From Candidatus Latescibacterota bacterium (GTDB taxonomy: Bacteria; Latescibacterota; UBA2968): a DNA stretch of 64,000 nucleotides. The stretch is taken from positions 5,248,001 through 5,312,000 of the forward strand of contig OZ242010.1 of NCBI GenBank assembly GCA_965204745.1, given 5' to 3'. Below, piece after piece: positions 9,233 to 19,690 of this stretch; positions within the stretch are counted from its first letter, which is position 1; every line of letters begins with the position of its first letter. The translations under genes and the position numbers were made by a program. The notes below the pieces were generated by a model. That model did no database searches and had not been told where the DNA came from. It saw only the letters and a program-made list of their open reading frames with translations.

Positions 9233-10312
9233 ATGAAAAAATACCTCTTCACCCTGTCCGTTGGCATCGGCATCGTGTTGTTTGGCACGGACATCGCGCT
9301 TGGCGACGATGTGAGCTGTCGCCGAAAGCGCGTGCCCATTGGATCTGATTGTTGGTTGGAATGGAGTTACACTTCCAGAGAGTGGACTGTTGATTGTGGG
9401 ACATTGCCCGAAATCGAAGTGGTCGCGGCGGCTCCTCCGCCCGCTGAAGATATTTATCACCATGTAGGCGCGCCCTGGTGGCATGTCGATCTTTTTGGAA
9501 ATCCATATCGCTGGGATCCCTCTGCGAGTTTGTGGGAACCAACACCTGTTTCCGCTGTGCCATTAGAAGTATTTCTCGATCTCGCGCCTGGCCAATCAAC
9601 CACGATTGATTGTGCGCCGAGAGGGTATTCGGATATACGCAAGCGCGATCTGATCGTTAAGACGGTACCCCTCTTTAACGATCTGGAGATTACGATTGAG
9701 AAAATAAGAAAAACCTCGCCCCACTATGGACACCATCACGCCCCCGACAACAGTAAGGATCTTTGTCGGGGTGCCACGAGTGTTGATGATGGCGTGACAA
9801 ATAAAGATGGTGTGTTCCAGTTTTTCTATCGCGGTCCAGAAGCCGCGGGCAGAACGGTTGTGACGGTCAATTGGCGAGATCTACGAGATGGTGGAGAAAC
9901 GGGATCCGTATCCATGACCTTTGAAAACAGACACGATGGCTTGGTAGAAATCACGGGTGGAACAGGGATATCTTTAACGGGCCATGATACCCACCATCGC
10001 GCCGGAGACATCCACTGGGTCACCCCGACCACAAAGACCCGCATCGCTTCTCTTGCGAGACTCTATCATGCAGAATACAATGAGAATCTGATGGTGAATG
10101 ACGGCTCTTTGAGATATGGCGGTTTGTATGATTTCAATGAAACTTGGAGACCACCTCATTGGGGGCATCGGGATGGCACGAATGTGGATATTTATCCAAC
10201 TACAGTGAGTGCTGCGAAGTGGAAATTTCTCATACGAAAGATAGATGAACTAGGAAGTACCTACTTAAATAAAATCAACACGGACGATCCACATCTTCAC
10301 TTTAAGCAATGA
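9233..10312 (+). CDS. Secreted MepA-like (LAS) Zn murein endopeptidase domain protein
   Basis: Signal peptide. VNDGSLRYGG..PPHWGHRDGTNVDI gives H-x6-D, and C-terminal PHLHF gives HxH. Confidence 0.7.
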   Translation: MKKYLFTLSVGIGIVLFGTDIALGDDVSCRRKRVPIGSDCWLEWSYTSREWTVDCGTLPEIEVVAAAPPPAEDIYHHVGAPWWHVDLFGNPYRWDPSASLWEPTPVSAVPLEVFLDLAPGQSTTIDCAPRGYSDIRKRDLIVKTVPLFNDLEITIEKIRKTSPHYGHHHAPDNSKDLCRGATSVDDGVTNKDGVFQFFYRGPEAAGRTVVTVNWRDLRDGGETGSVSMTFENRHDGLVEITGGTGISLTGHDTHHRAGDIHWVTPTTKTRIASLARLYHAEYNENLMVNDGSLRYGGLYDFNETWRPPHWGHRDGTNVDIYPTTVSAAKWKFLIRKIDELGSTYLNKINTDDPHLHFKQ

Positions 10313-10355
10313 GACAAGGCTGTTTTCGTGAAACCCCAAAAGAAAGGAGCACGCA

Positions 10356-11264
10356 ATGAAAGCGGTAATCTTTGCAACCTTGGTGCTGGTGCTCGCGGCC
10401 GGTTCAGGCCGGGCAGAGCGCAAGCCACTCGATAAAATTCACCGGGAGATCAAGCCCGGTGCCACAGTCATCAAAGTGCCAAATCCAAGGCGGCGTGATG
10501 GCTATGATCTCGCTGAAAAAAAGCATGAAGTGACCTACGACGAGGCGACCGGGCTTTATACCTACCGGTTTTGGCAGACCTATGTCGATTTGCTTTATGA
10601 ACCTTCTAACCGACTGGATGTGACCGTGGCATGCACAGTGACATATAATAGCGAAAAGGATGAATACACCTATACGTACCACCTCGTCAATAGCAAGGAC
10701 AGTGTACAGTCCTTAGAGATATTCGCTTTAGATATAGATCGCAACCTCGTGCTTCGGACTGAATCTGAACCATGGCGTTATCACTCTACGAGTGAGCCGC
10801 CACCCGGTTCACCCAAATGGGCATTTTGGGGATCAATGGGCGGACACATCCCACCGGGTGAATCAATTTCTCTGACGCTTGTAAGTAAACTCGGTCCGGT
10901 CATTGCAACCTGTTATTCCAAAGGTTATGGTCAAACTGTTCAGTCGTCTATTGGACCAATAGATGAACTTGCAGTTTATCCGCCGAATGTAGAGGGGCTG
11001 AAAGGTCAGACCCTTGCGCCCGGCAGTTTGGGGGATAGCAGTCCCAAAGCGCAGTTTGAAGCCTTTCTCGCTATTGCCGAGACCTGGGGATGGGTCAACA
11101 AGGACAAAAAGGACGCGGCATTGCTCCACATTTCTAAGGGCTTAGACCAGACCGCGTTCATCGCGTTGAAGAACGAACTGAATTTGGTTCAGGGCAAGGT
11201 GGAAGGTGAAGTGACTGCCTTCTTGGAGCATTTGGGCAAGGACCAAGGGTTCAGCGATGAGTGA
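10356..11264 (+). CDS. Secreted hypothetical protein, paralog A
   Basis: RBS AAAGGAG and a signal peptide. Paralogs start at 11275 and 23681. Confidence 0.8.
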   Translation: MKAVIFATLVLVLAAGSGRAERKPLDKIHREIKPGATVIKVPNPRRRDGYDLAEKKHEVTYDEATGLYTYRFWQTYVDLLYEPSNRLDVTVACTVTYNSEKDEYTYTYHLVNSKDSVQSLEIFALDIDRNLVLRTESEPWRYHSTSEPPPGSPKWAFWGSMGGHIPPGESISLTLVSKLGPVIATCYSKGYGQTVQSSIGPIDELAVYPPNVEGLKGQTLAPGSLGDSSPKAQFEAFLAIAETWGWVNKDKKDAALLHISKGLDQTAFIALKNELNLVQGKVEGEVTAFLEHLGKDQGFSDE

Positions 11265-11274
11265 GGAGCACGCA

Positions 11275-11643
11275 ATGAAAGCGATGATAGTTGCAACCTT
11301 GGTGCTGGTGCTCGCGGCCGGTTCAGGCCGGGCAGACCGCAAGCCGCTCGATAAAATTCACCGGGAGATCAAGCCCGGTGCCACAGTCATCAAAGTGCCA
11401 AATCCAAGGCGGCGTGATGGCTATGATCTCGCTGAAAAAAAGCATGAAGTGACCTACAACGAGACGACCGGGCTTTATACCTATCGGTATTGGCAGACCT
11501 ATGTCGATTTGCTTTATGAACCATTCAATCGACTCGATGTGACCGTGAGGTTTTGTTTCGCGGCAAGTTCAATTTTAGTGGCATATAAAAATCTTGCCCT
11601 TCAATTCATGGGGCAGACCTGTAGGCTTGCCCATTTTGTATAG
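11275..11643 (+). pseudogene. Truncated tandem copy (paralog B) of the 10356 gene
   Basis: Near-identical to paralog A up to ..NRLDVTV (about 11548), then unrelated sequence. Confidence 0.8.
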
Positions 11644-11655
11644 GAAGGTCGCGCT

Positions 11656-13977
11656 ATGGTGCGGAGTTATTTCACTTTGGCGATTCGGAATCTGATCAGA
11701 CACAAGATGATCTCGGTCATCAACATCGTCGGCATGTCCATTGCGATGGCGTTTGTCATTCTCGCGTTTTTGTTTGTCGAGCACGAATGGACGTATGACC
11801 GCTTTCACGCGCATGCACACCGCATTTACCGGCTGGGACTGCAAAACAGATCTGACATGAATTGCAACACGCCAGGCCCTCTCGGCCCTGCTGTTGCACG
11901 GGCGTTTCCCGATGTACAGGTCGCGAGAGTCTATCACACCGGAGGCATAACGCGCTACGGGGCGCGATCTTTTCGCGTGAAACTGAAATACGTGGATGCC
12001 GCATTTTTGGACATCTTCACCTTTCCGCTGTCGATGGGCGATGCGGCGAGTGCCCTGCGCGATTTGCGTTCTGTTGTCCTCACAGAGGAGATGGCTCAAA
12101 AATTGGGGCTGGGTGCTCAACCCATCGGTAAGGTCGTGACCATCGCGGAAAAGGGCTATCTCGTTTCGGGGATTGCAACCGATATTCCCGAAAATTCCAG
12201 CCTTGCATTTGATGGCCTACTGCCGTTTGATGCCGCGGAAAATCCCAATCTCAAGTCGTGGCGTGCAAGGGATAATACCAGTACTTATGTGCTGTTGCCC
12301 GAACGCGCCGAACGCGCCCAAATAGAGGCGCGCCTGCAAGATGTCATTCGGGAAAGATGGGAAGATACCCAACTGTTTTTGCAACCCCTTGGGGATGTTC
12401 ATTTCAATCGACAAATACGGGGGATCGAGAGGGTCAGCAATCCCATTTATTTTGTCGTGATTTTGGGCATCGCGCTGATCGTCGTGCTCATTGCGAGCGT
12501 CAACTTTATCGCCCTGTCTATCGGTCGTTCCTCAATCCGCGCCAAAGAAGTGGGCATTCGCAAATTGATCGGCGCAGGCAGAAGGCAGGTGATCGTTCAG
12601 CATTTGGCCGAGTCCATTTTGGGGGCGTTGCTCGCGATGTGGCTCGGCATTGGCGTGGCGGAACTGCTGTTGCCCAGTTTCAATGCGTTTGTCGGCATGA
12701 AATTGTCGCTGTTGGAACACGGCAACTCGTCCAAGCTCTTGGTCATTGGGATGCTCTCGGTGGTCGTCGGCGCGATGGCAGGGCTGTATCCGGCCTTTGT
12801 TTTCTCGCGCTTTCAAGCGGTGGAAATTTTGACCGCACGCACCAAGCGTTTGTCCCCCGGCGTTCTGATTCGCACGATGGGCGTTTTTCAGTTTGCAATG
12901 TCCATGGCGTTGATCATGGGCGCGCTTGCAATGGTGGCACAAATTGAGTTTCTCAAAAACAAATACGTCGGCTTCGATACCGAGAACCTCGTGGTGATTC
13001 AGGGGTATGGCCCAGAGGGAGTGCTCGATTCAAAAAAATTATATCTCTATCAAGACGGGATTTCATCCTATCCCGCTGTTATAGAGGCGACGCGAGCGGG
13101 ACATGAGTTGAGCAATCGGAGTAGCATAAGGGGATATGTGAAGGCAGAGGGAAAGCAAATTGCGGTAGAAAGTATCGGTGTTGGACATAACTACTTAAGG
13201 ACCGTGGGGCTCGATCTCCTTGAAGGCAGAGACTTTTCAAAGACGATGGAAACCGATATGGATAGGTCGATCATCGTCAATGAAACATTCGTCAAACGGT
13301 TTGGATGGCAACGGGGTGCCGGCAAAACAGTGCTGACGACATTCTCTTTGGGCGAGACAAAAATTATTGGGGTCGTGAGGGATTTTCATTTTCGGTCATT
13401 GCACGTTGAGGTGGCACCTGTTGCTTTGATTTTACGACCTGTGTGTGACAGACTTCTCGTGCGAATCGCGCCCGACGAGATTGCCAGCACAGTCGCTATG
13501 CTCAAAACCGAGTGGGAAAAAGTCGCACCCGATATCCCTTTTCGATTGGCCTTTCTCGAGGATAACCTCGCCAGTCAATACGAAAAAGACCAACGGTGGT
13601 TCCACCTCATTGTCTTTTCTGCGGTTCTCGCCGTGTGCCTGGCTTGTTTGGGGGCGTTTGGCCTGACCGCCCTCTCTGTGGCGCGAAAAACCCATGAGAT
13701 CGGGATTCGCAAAGTCCTGGGGGCTTCTGTGCCTCAGTTGATGATGTTGCTCTCGCGCGATTTCATCGTCTTGCTCCTCATCGCCAACGCGCTGGCTTGG
13801 CCTGTGGCCTATTACTTCCTAGGCGAATGGCTTCGAGCATTTGCCTATCAAATTGATTTGACCCTGCCGCTTTTTACCGGCGGCATGCTGACCCTTGCTG
13901 TCGTGCTCATCACAGTCAGCATTCAGACGTACAGAACCGCAACCCGCGATCCAGTTCAAACGCTCCGCCATGAATGA
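11656..13977 (+). CDS. ABC transporter permease (MacB-PCD/FtsX, duplicated type); no adjacent ATPase
   Basis: RAKEVGIRKLIGA and HEIGIRKVLGAS motifs, multiple TM segments, C-terminal DPVQTLRHE. Confidence 0.9.
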   Translation: MVRSYFTLAIRNLIRHKMISVINIVGMSIAMAFVILAFLFVEHEWTYDRFHAHAHRIYRLGLQNRSDMNCNTPGPLGPAVARAFPDVQVARVYHTGGITRYGARSFRVKLKYVDAAFLDIFTFPLSMGDAASALRDLRSVVLTEEMAQKLGLGAQPIGKVVTIAEKGYLVSGIATDIPENSSLAFDGLLPFDAAENPNLKSWRARDNTSTYVLLPERAERAQIEARLQDVIRERWEDTQLFLQPLGDVHFNRQIRGIERVSNPIYFVVILGIALIVVLIASVNFIALSIGRSSIRAKEVGIRKLIGAGRRQVIVQHLAESILGALLAMWLGIGVAELLLPSFNAFVGMKLSLLEHGNSSKLLVIGMLSVVVGAMAGLYPAFVFSRFQAVEILTARTKRLSPGVLIRTMGVFQFAMSMALIMGALAMVAQIEFLKNKYVGFDTENLVVIQGYGPEGVLDSKKLYLYQDGISSYPAVIEATRAGHELSNRSSIRGYVKAEGKQIAVESIGVGHNYLRTVGLDLLEGRDFSKTMETDMDRSIIVNETFVKRFGWQRGAGKTVLTTFSLGETKIIGVVRDFHFRSLHVEVAPVALILRPVCDRLLVRIAPDEIASTVAMLKTEWEKVAPDIPFRLAFLEDNLASQYEKDQRWFHLIVFSAVLAVCLACLGAFGLTALSVARKTHEIGIRKVLGASVPQLMMLLSRDFIVLLLIANALAWPVAYYFLGEWLRAFAYQIDLTLPLFTGGMLTLAVVLITVSIQTYRTATRDPVQTLRHE

Positions 13978-14095
13978 ACGCGATACAAAACGCAGACTGG
14001 GCCTTATCACGTCGCTTCCCATGAGTAGTAATACCAATTTGATTTTAGGTTGTCCGTATCCTGCCTCACATCAAGGAATGAGGAACAGACTCAGG

Positions 14096-14403
14096 CGGTG
14101 CTTGAGCGTTTGGTCCTACAGCCTCGTTGGTTGCCTTTGATGCCTTCGGCGACTTACTTTTTTTCAACAGCAAAAAAAAGTAAGCGAAAAATGCCGCTCT
14201 CAAACGCCGAGGGGCTTGCACAGCGCGAGCGGGGTACAACTGCCCCAGCAGTTCAATCGCTTTTGTAATCGCACGACATGCGCCAGCCTGCAAAGTGGGT
14301 TGCATAATGGATGTTGGTTGCGAAACGGACTTGCGCGCTGTGCGTGATGGCTTTATCGAATGGTCTTTTGCGAGGGCATGGTTGCCATGGCTTCTTTGAA
14401 TGA
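14096..14403 (-). repeat. About 310-bp dispersed repeat, copy 2 (inverted)
   Basis: Reverse complement aligns with 1751-2062. Confidence 0.85.
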
Positions 14404-14462
14404 ATGTGTAACCCCAAGGGATCAATCGCTGGTAATGCGAATAAAGCGTTGAATCCATTTAT

Positions 14463-14700
14463 TGGGACCTACCCCCCTGGCCCCCGTTACTCGCTACGCT
14501 TCGTTGTAGGCTACGCCTGTGCCTGTGAGGAAGGGGGGAATGGCGAGAGGTTGTGCGAGGGGTTTGGGTTTCCAGGGCGTGATCTATTCGCTCAAAGCCA
14601 TCAGAACAGCCAGGGAGACAAACCTTCAAAAAGCCATGCGCTCCCCCTTTCCTTGTAGGAAAGGGGGCCGGGGGGATAGGTCCTACGAGGAAGGGGAAGA
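14463..14700. repeat. Composite REP-like element with GACCTACCCCC..CCCCTTCC..GGAAGGGG hairpins in inverted arrangement
   Basis: Same family at 43826-44115, 45740-45810 and 58849-59252. Confidence 0.8.
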
Positions 14701-14726
14701 ACCTCTCTCGTTGCGGAGAGGCACCG

Positions 14727-14800
14727 GATGACTCGTCCATGTCTTTGGGCGATTGGTCTCGGCTTGATTCCTACTCGCTTTCTACTCTTAATTCGCATTG
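14727..14800. repeat. About 75-bp dispersed repeat; inverted copy at 45571-45644
   Basis: GATGACTCGTCCATGTCTTTGG...CTACTCGCTTTCTACTCTTAATTCGCATTG. Confidence 0.75.
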
Positions 14801-14875
14801 GTAGCAGATCGCATCACATCAGGACAACAGCAATTCACTTTGGTATCATAATTCTACAACCGAAAGGAGTACGCG

Positions 14876-17224
14876 ATGGCCCTGTTCATTCGCATCGGAT
14901 TGATCGCGCTGATCTATCTCGCTCATTTTGGATCGGTCAGAGGCGAAACGTCGATTGACGTGCAGTTTCAAGCGGTTGAGAAAGAGGTTGGTGAGGTGAG
15001 TCACACGGAAAGCATTGAGGCTTTTGAGGTGATTCTTTCACGCGATTCGGATTACGCCCCGGCATACCACGCATTGGCGAATCTGTATCTACAGATCAAT
15101 ACCGTGAATAGCCGACAGCGCGCTATGCAGATGATTCAGAAAGCGATGATGATCGATCCCAACAACGCGGTCTATGGCCTGACACACGGAAAAATTTTAT
15201 GGACGCAAGGCTTTCGATTTCGGGCATTGAACCAATACGAGGAGGTGATCAAAAAACATCCGGAGAATCAGGAAGCTCTCGATGGTGTGGGTATGTATTG
15301 GGTCTATGATTTCCTGGCACAAAAGGACAATCGCCGTAAAAGAACTTTTAAGCAATATGCCCAGCAATCAAAACGAGCAGCAGAGGAGGTGTTGCGAGAA
15401 AGTATGGCTTTGGATGCGATGAATCAGAACCCGTATTATTTGTTGGGCATACTTTACTTTGAAGACGAGGAATGGGAGGCGTTTCACGCCTTGATGCAAG
15501 AACTTTACGCGCACTATCCAAAAGATAAAAATGTGTTGTTGTTTTGTGGTCTGGCTGCATATCAGATCGGCGAATACAACAAGTCGCATGAATTTTATGA
15601 ACGCGCTTATGATTTGATGAGTCTTGAAGAACGCGAGTTGTTGGAATCCATTGATCTGCTCAAGCCCGCAGATGATTCTATCCCGCGCTATGCGCTGACC
15701 GAGTCTGATGAGGGCTTGGCGCGTGACGTATTTTGGAAGAGCCAGGATCCGCTCTATTTGACTGATTTCAACGAAAGAAAGCTGGAACACTTCGGTCGCC
15801 TGGCTTATAGCAATTTGCGGTTTAGGCGATTTTCGGCTGATGTGGAGGGTTGGCAGACGGATATGGGGAAGACCTATATCAAATTCGGAAGATATAAACG
15901 TAGATTTTCAACATATAAAAAAGACTGGGATTCTCGCGAGTCCATGACTACTGCCCTGTTCGAGTTCTGGTATTACGAGAAATTTAAGGTCAAGTTTTGT
16001 GGCAGTACGGATGATATTTGGCATTTTTGCGGTGGTTCTTGGGTCTATGTCAGTCAACGTCTTCCAATCAAAGTCAGTGCCTTCAGAGAACACCGCGAAG
16101 GGCTTGATTTTGCTTTGAGACGAACTTCATTTTCATTTTCCTCTCGTCCCTTTGAAGAAGCCTCGCATCGCACCTTCCGCAAAACAGCACAGCGGTTTGT
16201 CGATCCCTATCTCAACCGAAAATACACCCTGCCCTATCAGGTTGCCGCCTTTGAGGAACGAGACAGTGTGCGCGTGGAACTCAGCTATATGATCCCCAAA
16301 GATCGCCTCAAAGAGAACGCCGAGACAGGGAAAATAAGTTTCTGGGATGGCGTGTTCTTATTCGACGAGCAGTGGCAAGACGTGTATAAACATCGCAAAT
16401 CCGTGACCTTCGCCTTGCCACCGCCCAAGCCAGTGCAAAATGCAGGCGCGAGGCATCGCAACGATCATCTGCTGGTCTCGCGCATGGTGACCGTCCCGCA
16501 GGGGAACTATCTCATGGCCGTGGAATTGTTGGATCAGACATCCGGAGCCATCGGTGTGGCACGCCATCGAGATCGGTTTGTAGCTGACAGCGCGACCTTT
16601 CACTTGAGCGATCTACTGGTCGGCAGTGACATTCGACCGCGACATGCATTCCCAGAAGGCCGGGACGATCTGATCATCACGCCTAATCCGGTTCGCACGT
16701 TTTCGCAGTCCGAATCGATCTTTATCTATCTGGAATTGTACGCCCTTCAACGCAACTTCTTTGGTCGCACGAGTTACGAGATCGCCTACACCATCGGCAA
16801 GCCAGAGGTGGATACGCTATCGCCCACCCTGTTCGCGTCTCAAAGCGTGATTGATACGATAGGCAAAACGCAGATTGATCTGCGTCAGGAATCGGATCAA
16901 CGCCCGCAGCAACTAACGCAGGCGTCGGATGATGAAGGGATTGGCACCGATAGGGATATGTGGGGCGAGACAAAGGTCTATACGAGTGGTGGGCAAGTCC
17001 ATCACGTCGCCGCCGAAAAGCTAAAGGTCAAGCGATCCTCTGATGGCGACCTAACCCGCACCGTGACCGCGAATTACGAAGGGGAGCGCGCGACGGATTT
17101 CACGTATTTGCAGATCGATGTGGCGCAAGTGCCCACAGGGATTTACCAACTGACCATCTCGGCACGGGACAAACACACGGGACAGACCGATGAGAAATAC
17201 ATTTACTTTCGCATTACCGATTAA
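14876..17224 (+). CDS. GWxTD domain protein with N-terminal TPRs, copy 1
   Basis: Signal peptide, TPRs (YAPAYHALANLY) and FWKSQDP..EHFGRLAYS..GWQTDMGKTYIKFG. Confidence 0.88.
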   Translation: MALFIRIGLIALIYLAHFGSVRGETSIDVQFQAVEKEVGEVSHTESIEAFEVILSRDSDYAPAYHALANLYLQINTVNSRQRAMQMIQKAMMIDPNNAVYGLTHGKILWTQGFRFRALNQYEEVIKKHPENQEALDGVGMYWVYDFLAQKDNRRKRTFKQYAQQSKRAAEEVLRESMALDAMNQNPYYLLGILYFEDEEWEAFHALMQELYAHYPKDKNVLLFCGLAAYQIGEYNKSHEFYERAYDLMSLEERELLESIDLLKPADDSIPRYALTESDEGLARDVFWKSQDPLYLTDFNERKLEHFGRLAYSNLRFRRFSADVEGWQTDMGKTYIKFGRYKRRFSTYKKDWDSRESMTTALFEFWYYEKFKVKFCGSTDDIWHFCGGSWVYVSQRLPIKVSAFREHREGLDFALRRTSFSFSSRPFEEASHRTFRKTAQRFVDPYLNRKYTLPYQVAAFEERDSVRVELSYMIPKDRLKENAETGKISFWDGVFLFDEQWQDVYKHRKSVTFALPPPKPVQNAGARHRNDHLLVSRMVTVPQGNYLMAVELLDQTSGAIGVARHRDRFVADSATFHLSDLLVGSDIRPRHAFPEGRDDLIITPNPVRTFSQSESIFIYLELYALQRNFFGRTSYEIAYTIGKPEVDTLSPTLFASQSVIDTIGKTQIDLRQESDQRPQQLTQASDDEGIGTDRDMWGETKVYTSGGQVHHVAAEKLKVKRSSDGDLTRTVTANYEGERATDFTYLQIDVAQVPTGIYQLTISARDKHTGQTDEKYIYFRITD

Positions 17225-17298
17225 ATGACCATTCACTAGCTGGCGGGCGAAGGCCGAATAGCCGAATATCATTATCACACAACCGAAAGGAGTACGCG

Positions 17299-19650
17299 AT
17301 GGCCCTGTTCATTCGCATCGGATTGATCGCGCTGATCTGCCTCTCCTACTTTGGCTCGGTCAGAGGCGAAACGTCGATTGACGTGCAGTTTCAAGCCGCA
17401 GTGGATCAGATCGGCGTGGTGAGTCGTGCGGAAAGCATCAAAGCGTTTCGCGCCATTCTTTCACGCGATTCGGATTACGCCCCTGCATACCACGCATTGG
17501 CGAATCTGTATTTACAGATCAATACCGTGAATAGCCGCCAGCGCGCTATGCGGATGATTCAGCGAGCAATCGCGCTTGACCCCAACAACGCGGTCTATCG
17601 CCTGACGCGCGGAAAAATCTGGTGGACACAGGGGTTTCGATTTCGGGCATTGAACCAATACGAGGACGTGAACCAAAAGCATTCAGAGAATTCGGAAGCC
17701 CTCGATGGTGCGGGTATGTATTGGGTCTATGATTTTTTGGCACTGAAAGATGAACGTCTAAGTTTGAGGGACTATGCCCAAGAAGCCGAACGAAAAGCAG
17801 AGGAGGTGTTGCGAGAAAGTATGGCTTTGGATTCGGCCAACCAAAAACCGTATTATTTGTTGGGCATCCTTTACTTTGAAGACGAGGAATGGGAGGCGTT
17901 TCACGCCTTGATGCAAGACCTTTACGCGCACTATCCAAGGGATAAAAATGTGTTGTTGTTTTGCGGTCTGGCTGAATATCAGATCGGCGAATACAACAAG
18001 TCGCATGAATTTTATGAACGCGCTTATGACTTGATGAGTGCTGAAGAGCGCGAGTTGTTGGAATCCATTGATCTGCTCAAACCCGCAGATGAGGCTATCC
18101 CGCGCTATGCGCTAGCCGCGTCAGATGAGGGCTTGGCGCGTGACGTATTTTGGAAGAGCCAGGATCCGCTCTATTTGACTGATTTCAACGAGAGAAAGCT
18201 GGAACACTTTGGTCGCCTGGCTTATAGCAATTTGCGGTTTAGGCGATTTTCGGCTGATGTAGAGGGCTGGCAGACGGATATGGGGAAGACCTATATCAAA
18301 TTCGGAAGATATAAACGTAGATTTTCAACGTACAAAAAAGACTGGGATTCTCGCGAGTCCATGACTACCGCCCTGTTCGAGTTCTGGTATTACGAGAAAT
18401 TTAAGGTCAAGTTTTGTGGCAGTACGGCTGATATCTGGCATTTTTGCGGTGGTTCTTGGGTCTATGTCAGTCAACGCCTTCCAATCAAAGTCAGTGCCTT
18501 CAGAGAACACCGCGAAGGGCTTGATTTTGCTTTGAGACGAACTTCATTTTCATTTTCCTCTCGTCCCTTTGAAGAAGCCTCGCATCGCACCTTCCGCAAA
18601 ACAGCACAGCGGTTTGTCGATCCCTATCTGAACCGAAAATACACCCTGCCCTATCAGATCGCCGCCTTTGAAGAACGCGACAGTGTGCGCGTGGAACTCA
18701 GCTATATGATCCCCAAAGATCGCCTCAAAGAGAATGCCGAGACAGGCGAAATAAGTTTCTGGGATGGCGTGTTCTTATTCGACGAGCAGTGGCAGGACGT
18801 GTATAAACATCGCAAATCCGTGACCTTCGCCTTGCCATCGCCCAAGCCAGTTCAAAACGCAGGCGCGAGGCATCGCAACGATCATCTGTTGGTCTCGCGC
18901 ATGGTGACCGTCCCGCAGGGGAACTATCTCATGGCGGTAGAACTGTTGGATCAGACATCCGGAGCCATCGGTGTGGCACGCCATCGAGATCGGTTTGTAG
19001 CTGACAGCGCGACCTTTCACTTGAGCGATCTCTTGGTCGGCAGTGACATTCAACCGCGACATGCATTTCCAGAAGGCCGGGACGATCTGATCATCACGCC
19101 TAATCCGGTTCGCACGTTTTCGCAGTCCGAATCGATCTTTATCTATCTGGAATTGTACGCCCTTCAACGCAACTTCTTTGGCCGCACGAGTTACGAGATC
19201 GCCTACACCATCGGCAAGCCGGCGGTGGATACGCTATCGCCCACCCTGTTCGCGTCTCAAAGCGTGATCGATACGATAGGCAAAACGCAGATTGATCTGC
19301 GTCAGGAATCGGATCAACGCCCGCAGCAACTATCGCAGGCGTCGGATGATGAAGGGATTGGCACTGATAGGGATATGTGGGGCGAGACAAAGGTCTATAC
19401 GAGTGGCGGGCAAGTCCATCACGTCGCCGCCGAAAAGCTAAAGGTCAAGCGATCCTCTGATGGCGACCTAACCCGCACCGTGACCGCGAATTACGAAGGG
19501 GAGCGCGCGACGGATTTCACGTATTTGCAGATCGATGTGGCACAAGTGCCCGCGGGGATTTACCAACTGACCGTCTCGGCACGGGACAAACACACGGGAC
19601 AGACCGATGGGAAATACATCTATTTTCGCATTACCGACCCCATTCGCTAA
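17299..19650 (+). CDS. GWxTD domain protein, copy 2
   Basis: Tandem paralog with the same RBS (GAAAGGAG) and the same motifs. Confidence 0.88.
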   Translation: MALFIRIGLIALICLSYFGSVRGETSIDVQFQAAVDQIGVVSRAESIKAFRAILSRDSDYAPAYHALANLYLQINTVNSRQRAMRMIQRAIALDPNNAVYRLTRGKIWWTQGFRFRALNQYEDVNQKHSENSEALDGAGMYWVYDFLALKDERLSLRDYAQEAERKAEEVLRESMALDSANQKPYYLLGILYFEDEEWEAFHALMQDLYAHYPRDKNVLLFCGLAEYQIGEYNKSHEFYERAYDLMSAEERELLESIDLLKPADEAIPRYALAASDEGLARDVFWKSQDPLYLTDFNERKLEHFGRLAYSNLRFRRFSADVEGWQTDMGKTYIKFGRYKRRFSTYKKDWDSRESMTTALFEFWYYEKFKVKFCGSTADIWHFCGGSWVYVSQRLPIKVSAFREHREGLDFALRRTSFSFSSRPFEEASHRTFRKTAQRFVDPYLNRKYTLPYQIAAFEERDSVRVELSYMIPKDRLKENAETGEISFWDGVFLFDEQWQDVYKHRKSVTFALPSPKPVQNAGARHRNDHLLVSRMVTVPQGNYLMAVELLDQTSGAIGVARHRDRFVADSATFHLSDLLVGSDIQPRHAFPEGRDDLIITPNPVRTFSQSESIFIYLELYALQRNFFGRTSYEIAYTIGKPAVDTLSPTLFASQSVIDTIGKTQIDLRQESDQRPQQLSQASDDEGIGTDRDMWGETKVYTSGGQVHHVAAEKLKVKRSSDGDLTRTVTANYEGERATDFTYLQIDVAQVPAGIYQLTVSARDKHTGQTDGKYIYFRITDPIR

Positions 19651-19690
19651 CTTCCGCATATCATTATCACACAACCGAAAGGAGTACGCG

